Shown here in pieces: positions 53,186 through 64,000 of a stretch of 64,000 bases of DNA (the first letter of the stretch is position 1; the number at the start of each line of letters is the position of its first letter). A program made the position numbers and the translations under genes. The stretch comes from Eremomyces bilateralis CBS 781.70 (Eukaryota), in the NCBI GenBank assembly GCA_010015585.1, contig ML975150.1; one strand, written 5' to 3'. Below the pieces are notes generated by a model that did not search any database, had not been told where the DNA came from, and saw only the letters and a program-made list of their open reading frames with translations.

Positions 53186-53422
53186 GAGCAGGAACTGGAG
53201 GAACAAGTGCTAGAGATGACGAAAAGGGTGCTTGGCGTAAAGCACCCCTATACGCTAATCAGCATGAACAACCTTGCTCGCATGTGGAAAGAAACTGGCA
53301 GAGAAACTGAGGCTGTGAATCTTATAGAGGAGTGTGCGCAGCTGCAGAAGCGAATCTTAGGACTTGATAACCCATATATCCTGCCATCGTCCACAGCTTT
53401 AGCTAAGCGGCGGGCAGAGTGA
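53186..53422 (+). pseudogene. C-terminal TPR (kinesin-light-chain-like) fragment typical of fungal NLR-like proteins
   Basis: EQELEEQVLEMTKRVLGVKHPYTLISMNNLARMWKETGRETEAVNLIEECAQLQKRILGLDNPYIL; no nucleotide-binding domain upstream. Confidence 0.7.
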
Positions 53423-53848
53423 GAATGCTAGTATGTAGTTCCGAAAAGATGCGGCTGAGATGAATTGGTCAATTAGGTTGATAATAAACCGCCTTGGCCA
53501 AATTGTGCACACGAGAACGCTTGGCCTACATAAGGGGAAATACCTCGAAAAACGGCGTCAACGCCGTCAAGCAACCTCGGCAGTCAGTGCCCGGTTGCGG
53601 GATGGCGCCAGTGAGCAACCTACCGAGTACGGTAAAAACAAAGATCTACTTAATGCTTATTTGTATATTGATAGATCAATAGATTATACGAACAATACAT
53701 CCAGGTTTCTTGGGGCAACATAAAACAATAACTTAAGCACCGCCAGCCTTCCCCGCTATCCATCCATAACGCACCCATCGCAAGTCGTCCCAAGCACCAA
53801 AGACCTGAACCACCCCTCCGCACCCAACAACTTAATCTCAACCTCTCA

Positions 53849-54918
53849 ATGGCAGCCCTCCCCTCCCCCCCTTTCATCCCCCTCCCCTCCATCAATAACC
53901 TCCGTGATATCGGCGGCCTTCCCATTTCCTCCTCTTCCACCACCCCCCTCACCGTCCGCCGCGGCCTCGTCTACCGCGCCGCCAACACCACCACCCTCGA
54001 CGCCGCCGGTGTCGCCAAACTCCAATCGCTCGGCCTCGGCGTCATCTTCGACCTGCGCGCCGTGCCGGAGATCGAGCGCACCGGCGGCGTGGAGGAGCTG
54101 GAGCGCTTGCTGGCGGCGACAGGGGGCGTGGTGGAGCGGCGGTGGACGCCGGTGTTCGAGGAGCAGGATTATGGGCCGGAGACGATCGCGTTGCGGTTTA
54201 AGAATTATGCATTTAATGGGACGGAGGTGGGTTGCGACACCTCTCTTTTCATGTTCACAGCGACGATGTGGCGGGGGAGATATCGAGACGGAGCGACATA
54301 GCTAACTGCTTCAGGGCTTCGCCATTGCGTATGCCGCCATCCTGAAAAACGGCGCCCCGTCGTTCCACCGCATCCTCACGCACTTCGCGCGTCCGGATGC
54401 CCGCGCCATCCTGGTGCACTGCTCGGCGGGCAAGGACCGGACGGGGGTGTTCAGTGCGGTGCTGCTGTCGGCGCTGGGGGTATCAGACGACGATGTGGCG
54501 GACGAGTACGCGCTGACGGAGGTGGGGTTGGCGGAGGCGAAGCCGACGTTCATCGCGCGGTTGATGGAGCATGAGGTGTTCCAGGTGCCGAATGGGAGGG
54601 AGGGGGCGGAGAATATGACGACGAGCAGGTATGTGATGGGGTTTGTTTGGGAGTCACCGTGTTTCGGGCATGAAGATTGGGACGGACATGGTGTGGAGAG
54701 TTAGGAGTGGCGCGGGAAGGAAGGGAAATGCTAACGTTGTGGAATCATGTAGGAAGGAAAACATGCTCGCGACCCTCGACTTGCTCCGCCGCGAATATGG
54801 CAGCGCGGAGAAATATCTCCTGGACTTCGTGAAGCTCCCGCGGGCCGACCTCGAGGCGATTCGACGGAAGATGATTCAGCAGGGAGAAGGGGAGCCGGTG
54901 GTAAGATCGACGCTTTGA
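53849..54918 (+). CDS. Tyrosine/serine phosphatase family protein (Y_phosphatase3/IphP-like)
   Basis: NLRDIGG, RRGLVYRA, IFDLR, catalytic HCSAGKDRTG, ADEYALT; two introns. Confidence 0.9.
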
Positions 54919-55377
54919 CCTAGCGGATCACCCATAGCTAATCGACCCGATGTGCGAAGGGTTCGTAAATCGTAACTCACTGCCGGCGTGGAAACTAGGA
55001 GAGGTGACGACGGGATGAGAGAAAGGGTCCATGAGAAAATGACCGTTTCGGTTGCTTCTTGTTCCATATACGGATGAGAAAGTACCAGGGTATCTAGCGT
55101 GAAGGATTGCCCCAAATCAAAAATTCGATCTGACATAACGAAAACCAAGTAAATGCATCAAGATGCCGAGTGTAGCATGTAAATATATGTTTCGGCAATC
55201 CAGCGACGTCTTTCCGTCCGGACCATGCTAGTGTAGTCGGAAACGCAAATCGCATCACCGCCCGTACAAACGTGCATCGCAGGAAGATGCTATGATGGTA
55301 GAAACCCCCGAAGAAATGAAACTCGTCAAGAGGAAAAAAGCAACGGGAAAAAAAAGCGGTCGCCGACTGGACCCTCA

Positions 55378-57101
55378 TCAAGCCGGCTTGTCGCACCCGA
55401 TTCGACCCAGCAACTCCTTCCGATCCCCATGACCCGGGATCGAGATGCCCGTCGCCCGTCCACTCGATTTCCGATACGGCCGCGACGCCGGCGGGCTGTT
55501 TTGCCGCACGAACCGCAGCGCCTCGGCGCCGACCTCCTCCTCGACGTACGGCTGGGGTGGCGCCGACCCCAGCGTCAGCGAGCCATTCGTACCGTCCACC
55601 CGCGACCGGATCGCCTTCGCCTCCACGTCCTCCACCATCTTCTCCACCAAGTTGTCCTCCTCCTCTTCCTCCCCTTCCTCGTCGTCGTCGCCCTCGTCGT
55701 CGCTCCGGGAATCGTCCGCGGGCTTGCCACGCAACACGCTCAAGGCGACGCGGACGATCATGCCGAACCAGATGATTAGTAGTAGCTGTAGGGAGAGCAG
55801 CAGGCCGAGGAACCAATATCGGATGGGGTCGTTGTAGCAGACGGGGCCGTCGGGATCGACGTAGGCTTGGAAGAGGTTCTTGACGATGTCGGTACCGCCG
55901 TCGTAGCTGAGGCGGGCGCCGGTGGCGCTGTCGTAGCAGCCGATGCTGATTGTCTGCGAGTAGATGGAGTAGCAGACGATGAGGTAGCAGAGGTGGCGGG
56001 TGAAGAGCCAGGTGATGATGAAGACGCCGAAGCAGGCGTCGCAGGCGGTTTGATATTTGAGGTATCGGAGGTTTTTGGCGGCCTATTTCCGTTATGTCAG
56101 TATATGATTAGGTTCTGCGCGGGTCTCTCCTTGCATTTCAAGGGGACCACGTACCGAGAGGAAAATGTCCGACAAATCCATGAGGCACAACACCACGTTT
56201 CCAACATTCAGCTGGTAAGACATGTAGCTTGCCAAGACCAGGGTGCAAGTGACGATGTGGTGGGCGAACATTTGCCAATGATCTTTCCTTCGCTCTTCGA
56301 TGTGCACCACGACAATCTGCTGTAGCCAGAAGGCGAATTGTACGAGGTAATACCACTTCAGCAGGCCGCCCATCTCCCGGTTCGGGAAGTCGGTCCACAT
56401 CTCGTCGAGGTTCAGCCAGTATTTCGAGTGGTACATGATATACTATCCCGGAACCCGTTAGCAATCGACCTCTCACGAATATACCCCTCAAGCGGCCGCC
56501 CCTCGGACGTCTCCTCAAACAGGCAGGAAGGAAAGAAATGCCAACTCACCATCCCCATCGGCCAACTAATCGAATAATACACCACCAACCACGCCTGCTC
56601 GGCGAACCGAACCAGCTCCTTCGTCTTGTACACGCCTCCCGCCGAGGCGAACGGCTTTAGGACGTACTCCATCATCGCCACCCGCAGCCCCATGATTACC
56701 ATGGTCCACGACGCCACGAAGGCTAGGTCGTCCCATCCGCGGATATATTTCCCTGTGGATGGGTCGTTGTGGGGGAGGACGAAGAGCGGACGGGTGCGTC
56801 GGCGGGCGGCAGGGAAGTTGGCGTGGATGAAGAAGACGGTGAGGAGGTAGGTGAGGGAGATGTCTGCGGTGGTGTTAGCGTTTGGCGTTAGATGTGCGGA
56901 CGTAGGAAGGGGATGCGGTGGGAGGAGGGGTGCCATTGACGTACGGATTTGGTGGTCGACGAGCCATGCGCAGAGACGAGCTACGGGTCCGCGATGGCAT
57001 GATGGTGATAGATCCTCGCTGGGGATCCTGAAGGGACGGGTTAGTTTGGGGTTGGATGTCTTGATTGTGCCATTGCTTGTCGACAACGTTCTGACGGCCA
57101 T
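55378..57101 (-). CDS. Ceramide synthase (TLC/Lag1 domain), BarA-like clade
   Basis: GWDDLAFV, RFAEQAW, KWYYLVQFAFWLQQI, Lag1 motif RKDHWQMFAHH...MDLSD, DSRSDDE, C-terminal ELLGRIGCDK; three introns. Confidence 0.88.
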
Positions 57102-57661
57102 TATCGAGTTGGGCAATTGCTGCGTCTGCCGCTTGGACAGTTGTTCGGGTGGTCTGATGTTGGCAGTCTACCCGTTGCCGTGCTCTATGTGATGGTTTAG
57201 AACAGGGGATACGGTCGACCGAAACGAACGAAGCAGCGTTGAGGAATCTCCCGGCTGCCAATTGTAAATCAAAGTAACGAATGGTCGGGCTCTGCGGTGA
57301 TTCCGCAGAGAAATGCGAAGAATACGGTGCAACGAGTGGCGGAAGAGTGGAAGATGGAGGAGAGGGCCAAAAATTGGTAGAATGGTATTGGTAGAATAGT
57401 ATTCCGTACTATGTTGGAAGTGCACTCCGTAGAAGTGAACGGAGTAACGGGGTGCCCTGTGTGGCCGTGGGCTTTGATCCTAACACACCGTCCCGTATAT
57501 GGTTTAGCGTGGTGTTTTAAATGATATCTTTAAGTGGGATTTTTAATAAATCGAGGGTACCATTGGATGCTAAATTGCTGGTAATACACCGCACATACGT
57601 AGTACGATCTGGCGACAGCTCTCCAGGCAGCCAAGCTAGGTATATATCGTTGACTCTCACC

Positions 57662-58482
57662 ATGTCGGATTCTGGTAACTTCTCATTCAAACCAAAGGCT
57701 TGAACCGATTAGATCTTAGCTTAACCCTATTTGTAGAAGAAAATCCAATGCGCCTTGTGAGCCGACAGAGCGGCGCAACCATTACCTATTCGCGGCAACA
57801 TCGTGCAGAAGAGGGGCCACCGAGTGAAGCCCAACGAAAAAGCCGCTATCAAACTCGTCCAGCACTACACAGATATCCCAGTTCCCAGAATATATCATAA
57901 TATCATTCATCATACACCGCCGATGAAGGCTGTATCACGATGAGTCTCATGCCGGGATTAGAATTAGAAACCTACTGGAACGACCTCGACGACGCCATCA
58001 AGGAGTGCGTCTGCCAGGAAACTTGGTCTCTAAGCCGCCCGAATTCCATCACCACTTCCAATGCAACGCCGAGTCGCGGACGGCACCGTATCCAGCGACG
58101 TCCTAATTACCGCTCTACACCTCAAGAACGCAGACCCCGCTCCCCTAGCTACCGCCGACTCCCTTCGTCAACGCATCTACCGGGGCTGCTACCGCTTCAA
58201 CGGCCGTCGCTACGCCAAAGATCTCCCCACCATGCTCCCCCGATCATCCATTTCCGTATTCACGCATGCTGACATCGCACCGCAGAATATCATGGTGGAC
58301 GAGGAGGCCCATGTGTGCGGGATTTTGGACTGGGAGGGTGCAGGATGGTATCCCGAAATTGGGAATTTGCGAATATAATGAAACCGTCGATGGAGACGGT
58401 TAGCAGGCATGGATGGAGCGAACGGCGCCAAAGAAGTGGGATCTTTGAGGGGAGAGTGGCGGCGAGGTGGGTGTTGTTCTGA
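57662..58482 (+). pseudogene. APH/choline-kinase-like phosphotransferase pseudogene
   Basis: Frameshifted pieces: IVQKRGHRVKPNE / AAIKLVQHYTDIPVPRI / ITMSLMPG..LETYWNDL / VFTHADIAPQNIMVD...GILDWEGAGWYPE / WEFANIMK. Several frame changes and stops, without intron signals to explain them. Confidence 0.75.
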
Positions 58483-58950
58483 AATCTGAAGGGACTGGAT
58501 GCGGCCACTAATGTTTACGCTTATATTTTCATTGGCTGGTGGTTTATATGATACAATTATTAGAAGCCGGCATAGTCTAACTAGCGTAATTGCGAATGGT
58601 TTTGGTTTCGCGGTGGCTCAGGAGATGGGATTCTCGCGTTCGGGGTGGATTTAGCAATCGGCGTCCGAGCAAAAAGCAATGATTGCGGGGTGACCTTACT
58701 CAGTTTCCGCTTAAAGAAGAGTTGTGTTAAAGCGAGTTAGACAGATGAACCAATTAGGTGGCGAGATTGAATAACATGCTCGCTCTTCGGTTCTGATTGA
58801 AGGCCGAATACTTAGGGAAGACAGGTAATACCCAGCTCGGAGCAGGGACGATGGCAATAATACCACAAATGTTTAACGCAAACTCATCTCCCTAACCACA
58901 TCCCCAGTCCAATCACATCCTAACCATGCTCTTTCCGCCCACGCCATCGC

Positions 58951-59883
58951 TCAGTTACTGCTCTGGCTATTAAGGATCCTCAGAATCGCCAAGAACAAAT
59001 TAATGATATCCAAATACAATGAGATCGCAGCCGCGATCTCCTCCTCCACATGATAGTGACGCATGATCAGCTGTGTGTCCACGAGGATATACCCACTGAA
59101 CACTAGCGCCGCTAGCACGCCGTACACCAACTCCGTCGTGCTGCTCCGCCCGAAGAACATCGTCATGAACCCGAACAGGATCAGCACCCACAGCGCACCG
59201 AACAGGTAGGGCATCCAGGACGTGAAGTCGTACTTCGTCTGGCACGCGAACAAACTCAGCGCGACGAAGATGCCGAGGGTGAAGATGAGGGCCTGCAGCA
59301 CGATGCGGGAGTCGTAGAAGGAGGTGATGACGCTGATAGCGTAGGCTTCGAGGGCGGTGAACCCGGCGAGGAAGACGAGGTTCATCGGGTAGGATTTGCG
59401 CTTCCAGAAGGTGAGGCCGAGGAAGACGAAGGTGCCGATGAGCGTCGTCCACATCATCCAGGCGTTGGATTGGATCCAGGTCTTGTAGGCGGGGGAGAAG
59501 AAGGAGATGGAGGCGAGGATCGTGGTGGCGAGGAGTTGGACGGTGCTGGGAATGTCAGTACTGTTCCCTCTATCTAGAGTATCCTCCTGATATCGTATCG
59601 ACTTACAGAATCGCATACACCTTCCGAATAAACTGCATCCGAATATCCAACGTCGCCTCCGCGACTACACCGCCGAACTACATCCCACGTCAGTCTTCCG
59701 CATCTCCTTCCCATCTCCTTCCATCCCAACACATACCTTGAAATCATCCGGCAGATTATCATCCTCCGTCCGCGGCGCCAGTGGATCCGACGACTCGGCT
59801 TGATATGACGGTGGCGGCTGGCTATACGAGCTCTCGAGCGGCTCGTCGACGGGGACGGGTTGGTATTTGGTGTTGGGCGCCAT
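58951..59883 (-). CDS. BXI1: Bax inhibitor-1 family (TMBIM) protein Bxi1
   Basis: MAPNTKYQPV...DNLPDDFK, IRMQFIRKVY, KRKSYPMNLVFL, FACQTKYDF, YILVDTQ, AAISLYLDIINLFLAILRIL; two introns. Confidence 0.92.
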
Positions 59884-61005
59884 CGTAGGTTTGCGCATGC
59901 AGCGGGCGGTTCGATGGAGGTGGTATGTCGTATGTGATATGTCGGGTCTTTTGGGGAGCGGTTAGGTCGGAGGGATAGGATGAAGCATGAGGAGAGGAAG
60001 GGTGGACTGAAGGGATGACCCGGATACCGTCACAGAAACCAACCCTCAGCCTCCGAACCAAGGCTGCCAGGCTATGAGGCAGAAACTGCCATATGTGAGG
60101 CAACAAGGCGTCATAATGCGAGCGGGGCGAAGCAACATCCGACGCACTTGATTGGTCAGGAACAAAGCCGTTGTCGAACGAGGCAGTTATCGATAAGATC
60201 ACATGATGCAAATGAAAGCCCAGCGATGCTTACGAATGCATGCAATCGGTCTGGACTCTGGAGTGACTGTACTCCTGAATAACGGAGGTAGAAGACAGAG
60301 CTACGAAAGAAAAGGAGTAATATCATATACTAGAGGACATCATTGATGATCTCCGTAATACATTTAGGTAGGAAATCTTTTGAAAGCGGCATCAGAACCC
60401 AACCAGGGCCCCCCCAATTCATTGATGTAGCACCAGTCCCAGACGGCAGAGGTAAGACACTGTAAGCAGTGTAAAGGTATATAAGACACCATATATGGTC
60501 GTATCAGCGAATAGATACATGCATATAACCCCCATAAAATCATCCCGCATCGCTAGGCGCTCCGACACCACCATCCCCCTCCACAAATAAAAAGGTCACC
60601 TCCCCAGTGTATCGTGCATGAACGGACACACGCGCAACGACCGTGCCAAAACCAAAGCCGCCAATCCAACGACGGACGCAGATGCGCGCTGAGAACATAC
60701 GGGATCAAGCGACGTGGCGCTCGGACTTGAGGACGATGGGAATGGGGAGCAAACGAAGGGCGCGAAAATGCAACAAATGGCGGGAATGCGTGCGGAAGAA
60801 CGAAAGATGCAGAGCAGCAGAGGGGGGAATCGTGGCGCGTTGTAGACATCCGTCATCATCTCATCACCGTCTCGTCTGGGATACACCGAGTGGTCCGTCG
60901 CTCGGTCAAATGCAATAAACACCCTCCCATCCCATCTCGCCGCATATCGCTTCAATCGCCGCCTCCGAACCTCAAAACATCCCCTCGGTCTCACCCCTCC
61001 ATCAA

Positions 61006-62680
61006 TTAAAAATCCTTAAACGCCTCCTCATACTTCTCCCTCAACTCCCTCGTATACACCTCCTGCTTCTCCGGCTCGGGCTCATACTCATCGAAATGCC
61101 GCGTGTCTGCCGGCCCCTGCAGCTGGGGGACGATCGGCCCCTGCATCTTCCGATGGAAGACCGCGTCCCAGTCGACCCCCCGGAACCATGGGTGCGCCTT
61201 GACGGCCGCGGCGCGCCCGCGGATGTTGCCGAGCCGCTTCGACGTGTCGACCGTGCAGAGCTTGGCGATGAGGTCGCGCGCGTCGGGGGACATGGCGGAG
61301 GGGTAGCGGATGTTGCCTTCGATGATTCTAGGAGAAAAGAATGAGGATTTGGAGAGGTGGGAGGGAAGGGGAAGGGGGACTTACTGCTCGTAGATCTTCA
61401 TGGGGTTTTGGTCCCAGAAGGGGGGTTGACCGACGAGGAACTCGTAGATGAGGATGCCAAAGGCCCACCAGTCGACTGCGCAGCCGTGGCCGGTGTTTCG
61501 GATGACTTCGGGGGCGAGGTATTCCGGGGTGCCACAGAGCGTGTACGTCTCCCCTATGATCGCGTCAGTATTATTCATCGATCTAGATCGGAGCTAATTA
61601 GGACGTACGATTCCCCACCGTCTTCGCGAACCCGAAATCCACCAACTTCAAATGCCCATCCGCGTCGATCAAGATATTCTCCGGCTTCAGATCCCGGTAC
61701 GCAACGCCCTCCTTCTCATGCAGATACTCCAGAATCAGCACGATCTCCGCGGCGTAGAACCGGCTCGTCGGCTCGTTGAACCGGCGCGCCCGCCGCAGGT
61801 AGCTGAACACCTCCCCGCCGGGACAGTAGTCCAGTAGCATGTACAGCGACTCCTCGTCCTGGAAGCTCGCCACCAGCGTCGTGATGAATGGATGCCCTGC
61901 CACGGCGGCCAGCACGTTCCGCTCGTTGCGCACGTGCTCGACCTGCTTTAGCCGGATAACGTCGACCTTGTGGAGGATCTTGAGCGCGTAGACCTGGTGG
62001 GCAGAGCGCTCGTCGTGGGGGTGGGTCCATCGGGTGAGCCAGACGCGGGCGAAGGTGCCGGTGCCGAGGGTCTTGATCTGGTCGAAATCGGCGGGGCGGA
62101 GGTGCTTGAGGGAGTTGCCGATGGGGCGGGCGGAGGTGGGTTTGTCGAGGAGGCGGTTGGGGGAGAGGCTGCCCGAGGAGCGGTGGGAGGGAGGCCAATG
62201 GGAGATGAGGAGCTGTTCGTGGTCGCGGGCGAGAGTCTCGGCGGAGCGGGAGGAGGAGCTGGAGGAGTAGGAGGGCCGGTAGGTGTAGGTGGAAGGGATG
62301 CTGTCGTGGGAGTCCGGGTGGTATTGGAGGGGGGAGGGGTAGGACATGGGAGAGGCACCGCGGTGGGAGGACGGATGGTGGGGCGAGTGGGTGTGGGAGG
62401 GAGGTTCATGGGGATGGCTGGACGGAGGACATGGATGCGAAATGTACTGCTGTGGCGAGGACGTATGACTATGTTGTGGGTGAGCCGGGTGGTGCGAATG
62501 AAGCGATTGCTGCGGCTGAGGCGGTCGCTGTTGCGTATGTTGTGATTGTGGCTCCGGTCGAGAAGGGTTGGACGGCGCATCGGTCTCCGTCCTCTCGAGA
62601 TCGCTGGATGAGTCCTTCGCGCCCTTCGCGCTCTTCCCGTGAATGCCGTGCGGCAAAAGGTGGTGCATTGCGGCGGCCAT
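61006..62680 (-). CDS. pkaB: cAMP-dependent protein kinase catalytic subunit, secondary (PkaB/PkaC2-type)
   Basis: [53 protein letters not shown]-terminal FKDF; His/Pro/Ser-rich N-terminus; two introns. Confidence 0.9.
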
Positions 62681-64000
62681 GGGCTCCTCTAATTGCAAGC
62701 GTATTAGGCGGACGTAAGGTCTCCGAGGTCAATGGTGCACTCCGTTGGCGTATCTAGTTCGGAGCAGGTGTCGAAATCGCAGGACACGCTGGAATCAGCC
62801 CATTGCCGGATGCGCGGAGCGAATTGCGATGGAGAGAACGGAGGACGGATAGCAGAGAAGAAGGAGGAGGAGGGGCGATGTTGCTTTAGCGTTTTATTCC
62901 GGTGCTGCGGCGTTTTGGTGGCGGAGAATGGTGTTGATGCAGGCTGGTTTCGGCGTTTCGGGGATGTCCAAAGGATGCGGATGCGGATGCGGGCTGCGGG
63001 CTCAGTCGGTAGATTGGTCTCGTCTCGTGTCGTCAGTCGTAATTGGATCCCAAGGGGAGTGCCGTGGATTAAGTCTAACCCAAACCTTCCAACGATTCGA
63101 GTAGCGCAAAATAGCATTTATGAAACGGGAAAGTGGACGAAGGTGTCAAAGAAATGGAAGTGTTGGAGGGGAGAACAATGGATGGAGTGCCATCGGGAAG
63201 TTAAAGACCAAATGAAAGGCCGTTAAACATGTGTGTGGAAGAATCCCTTTGTCAATTTGGCTACGACAGGAAATGGAACGGGTCGTCATCCCTTCCAACT
63301 GCCCAGTCATAAAAAGGCAATTCCTCCACTCAGACTCGAGATATTTAGCCATATAACCCGATTGCTGGTTCCGGCAGCCCGACGGCCCAGCGCAGGCATG
63401 GCAGGGCACTCTGATGGCAGTCTTGCATCCTCCTTGCATCGACGTGGGATGTCGATAGTCATAGAGGATTGGATCATTGGAGGGCCCGCCTTGGGGGGAT
63501 CTAATGTAGGGAATCCGGAATAGGTATTATTGAATTGTTGAATGTTATAGTACTTTATGCTACCACTCTATCGTACAGCCGAACATCCCACGCCGACCTG
63601 CAGGACACAGCATGAACACATTGGAATGGTGAATATCGATAGTCCGGGCGTTCCTCCTGGATGTCCAAGGCGGAATCATAATTCCAAGTCGTAAGATTCA
63701 CTTGTTCCTGGAGTTGGGCGGATTTCACTTCACTTTCTTATTAATACACGACGTCATAGCATCTACTATTATACGATCCATTTCCTGGTTTCCTTCCGGA
63801 CCCTGTCAACACCACAAGCACTCCTCTTCTGATGCCTAACATGAGAGATCTGCCCTCCCGTATTCCGTATTCCGTGACCAACCACCACATCACGCACCCG
63901 CGTCACCATGATCAGCCGCTGATGATGGATGAGCCAGGTCATATGTTCATTGTTGAATGCCATTTAGGGAGGTCATAGAAAACCGAGACGCCGGATATCT

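Noticed and set aside
54907..54918. Possible peroxisomal signal or stop read-through at gene ends (for example phosphatase ...RSTL)
   Set aside because: STL is not a canonical PTS1, and none of the TGA stops I checked has the TGA-CTA read-through context.
1077..63226. Numerous long antisense or alternate-frame ORFs over real genes (for example 1077..1781, 22919..23827, 44337..44948, 61948..62580)
   Set aside because: These are shadows of GC-rich codon usage with low-complexity translations and no motifs.
1..64000. CRISPR arrays, rRNA, snRNA, riboswitches, telomeric repeats, intact transposons
   Set aside because: No diagnostic repeats or conserved motifs were seen by eye. A covariance-model scan (Infernal/Rfam) would be needed to exclude snoRNAs in the longer introns.

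Overview
Gene-dense, intron-containing DNA from a filamentous ascomycete (Pezizomycotina), judged from GT-AG introns with CTRAC/CTAAT branch sites and typical fungal proteins. About 18 apparently intact protein genes can be supported: glycogenin, an alpha/beta hydrolase, a GFA/Mss4-like protein, Rsr1/Rap GTPase, the divergent leucine-catabolism pair ivdA/mccB, fimbrin, a fungal transcription-factor-like protein, an MDR oxidoreductase, a hypothetical protein, a single-pass Ser/Thr-rich membrane protein, a ferric reductase, Tpt1, Hsv2, septin Cdc11/AspA, a PQ-loop protein, a tyrosine-phosphatase-family protein, a BarA-type ceramide synthase, Bxi1 and a PKA catalytic subunit. There is one tRNA-Asn(GTT) gene with a 6-nt intron and several broken genes: an SDR with one nonsense codon, an F-box pseudogene followed by an NLR-type TPR fragment, and an APH-kinase pseudogene. 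The most notable observations are (i) two alternative C-termini for glycogenin, set by a 705-nt intron that is open in frame, (ii) a recurrent C-rich to G-rich switch along many coding exons, (iii) the minimal tRNA intron and (iv) small decaying accessory islands. I found no clear-cut new multi-gene system. All identifications are by eye from motifs, and no database search was run.
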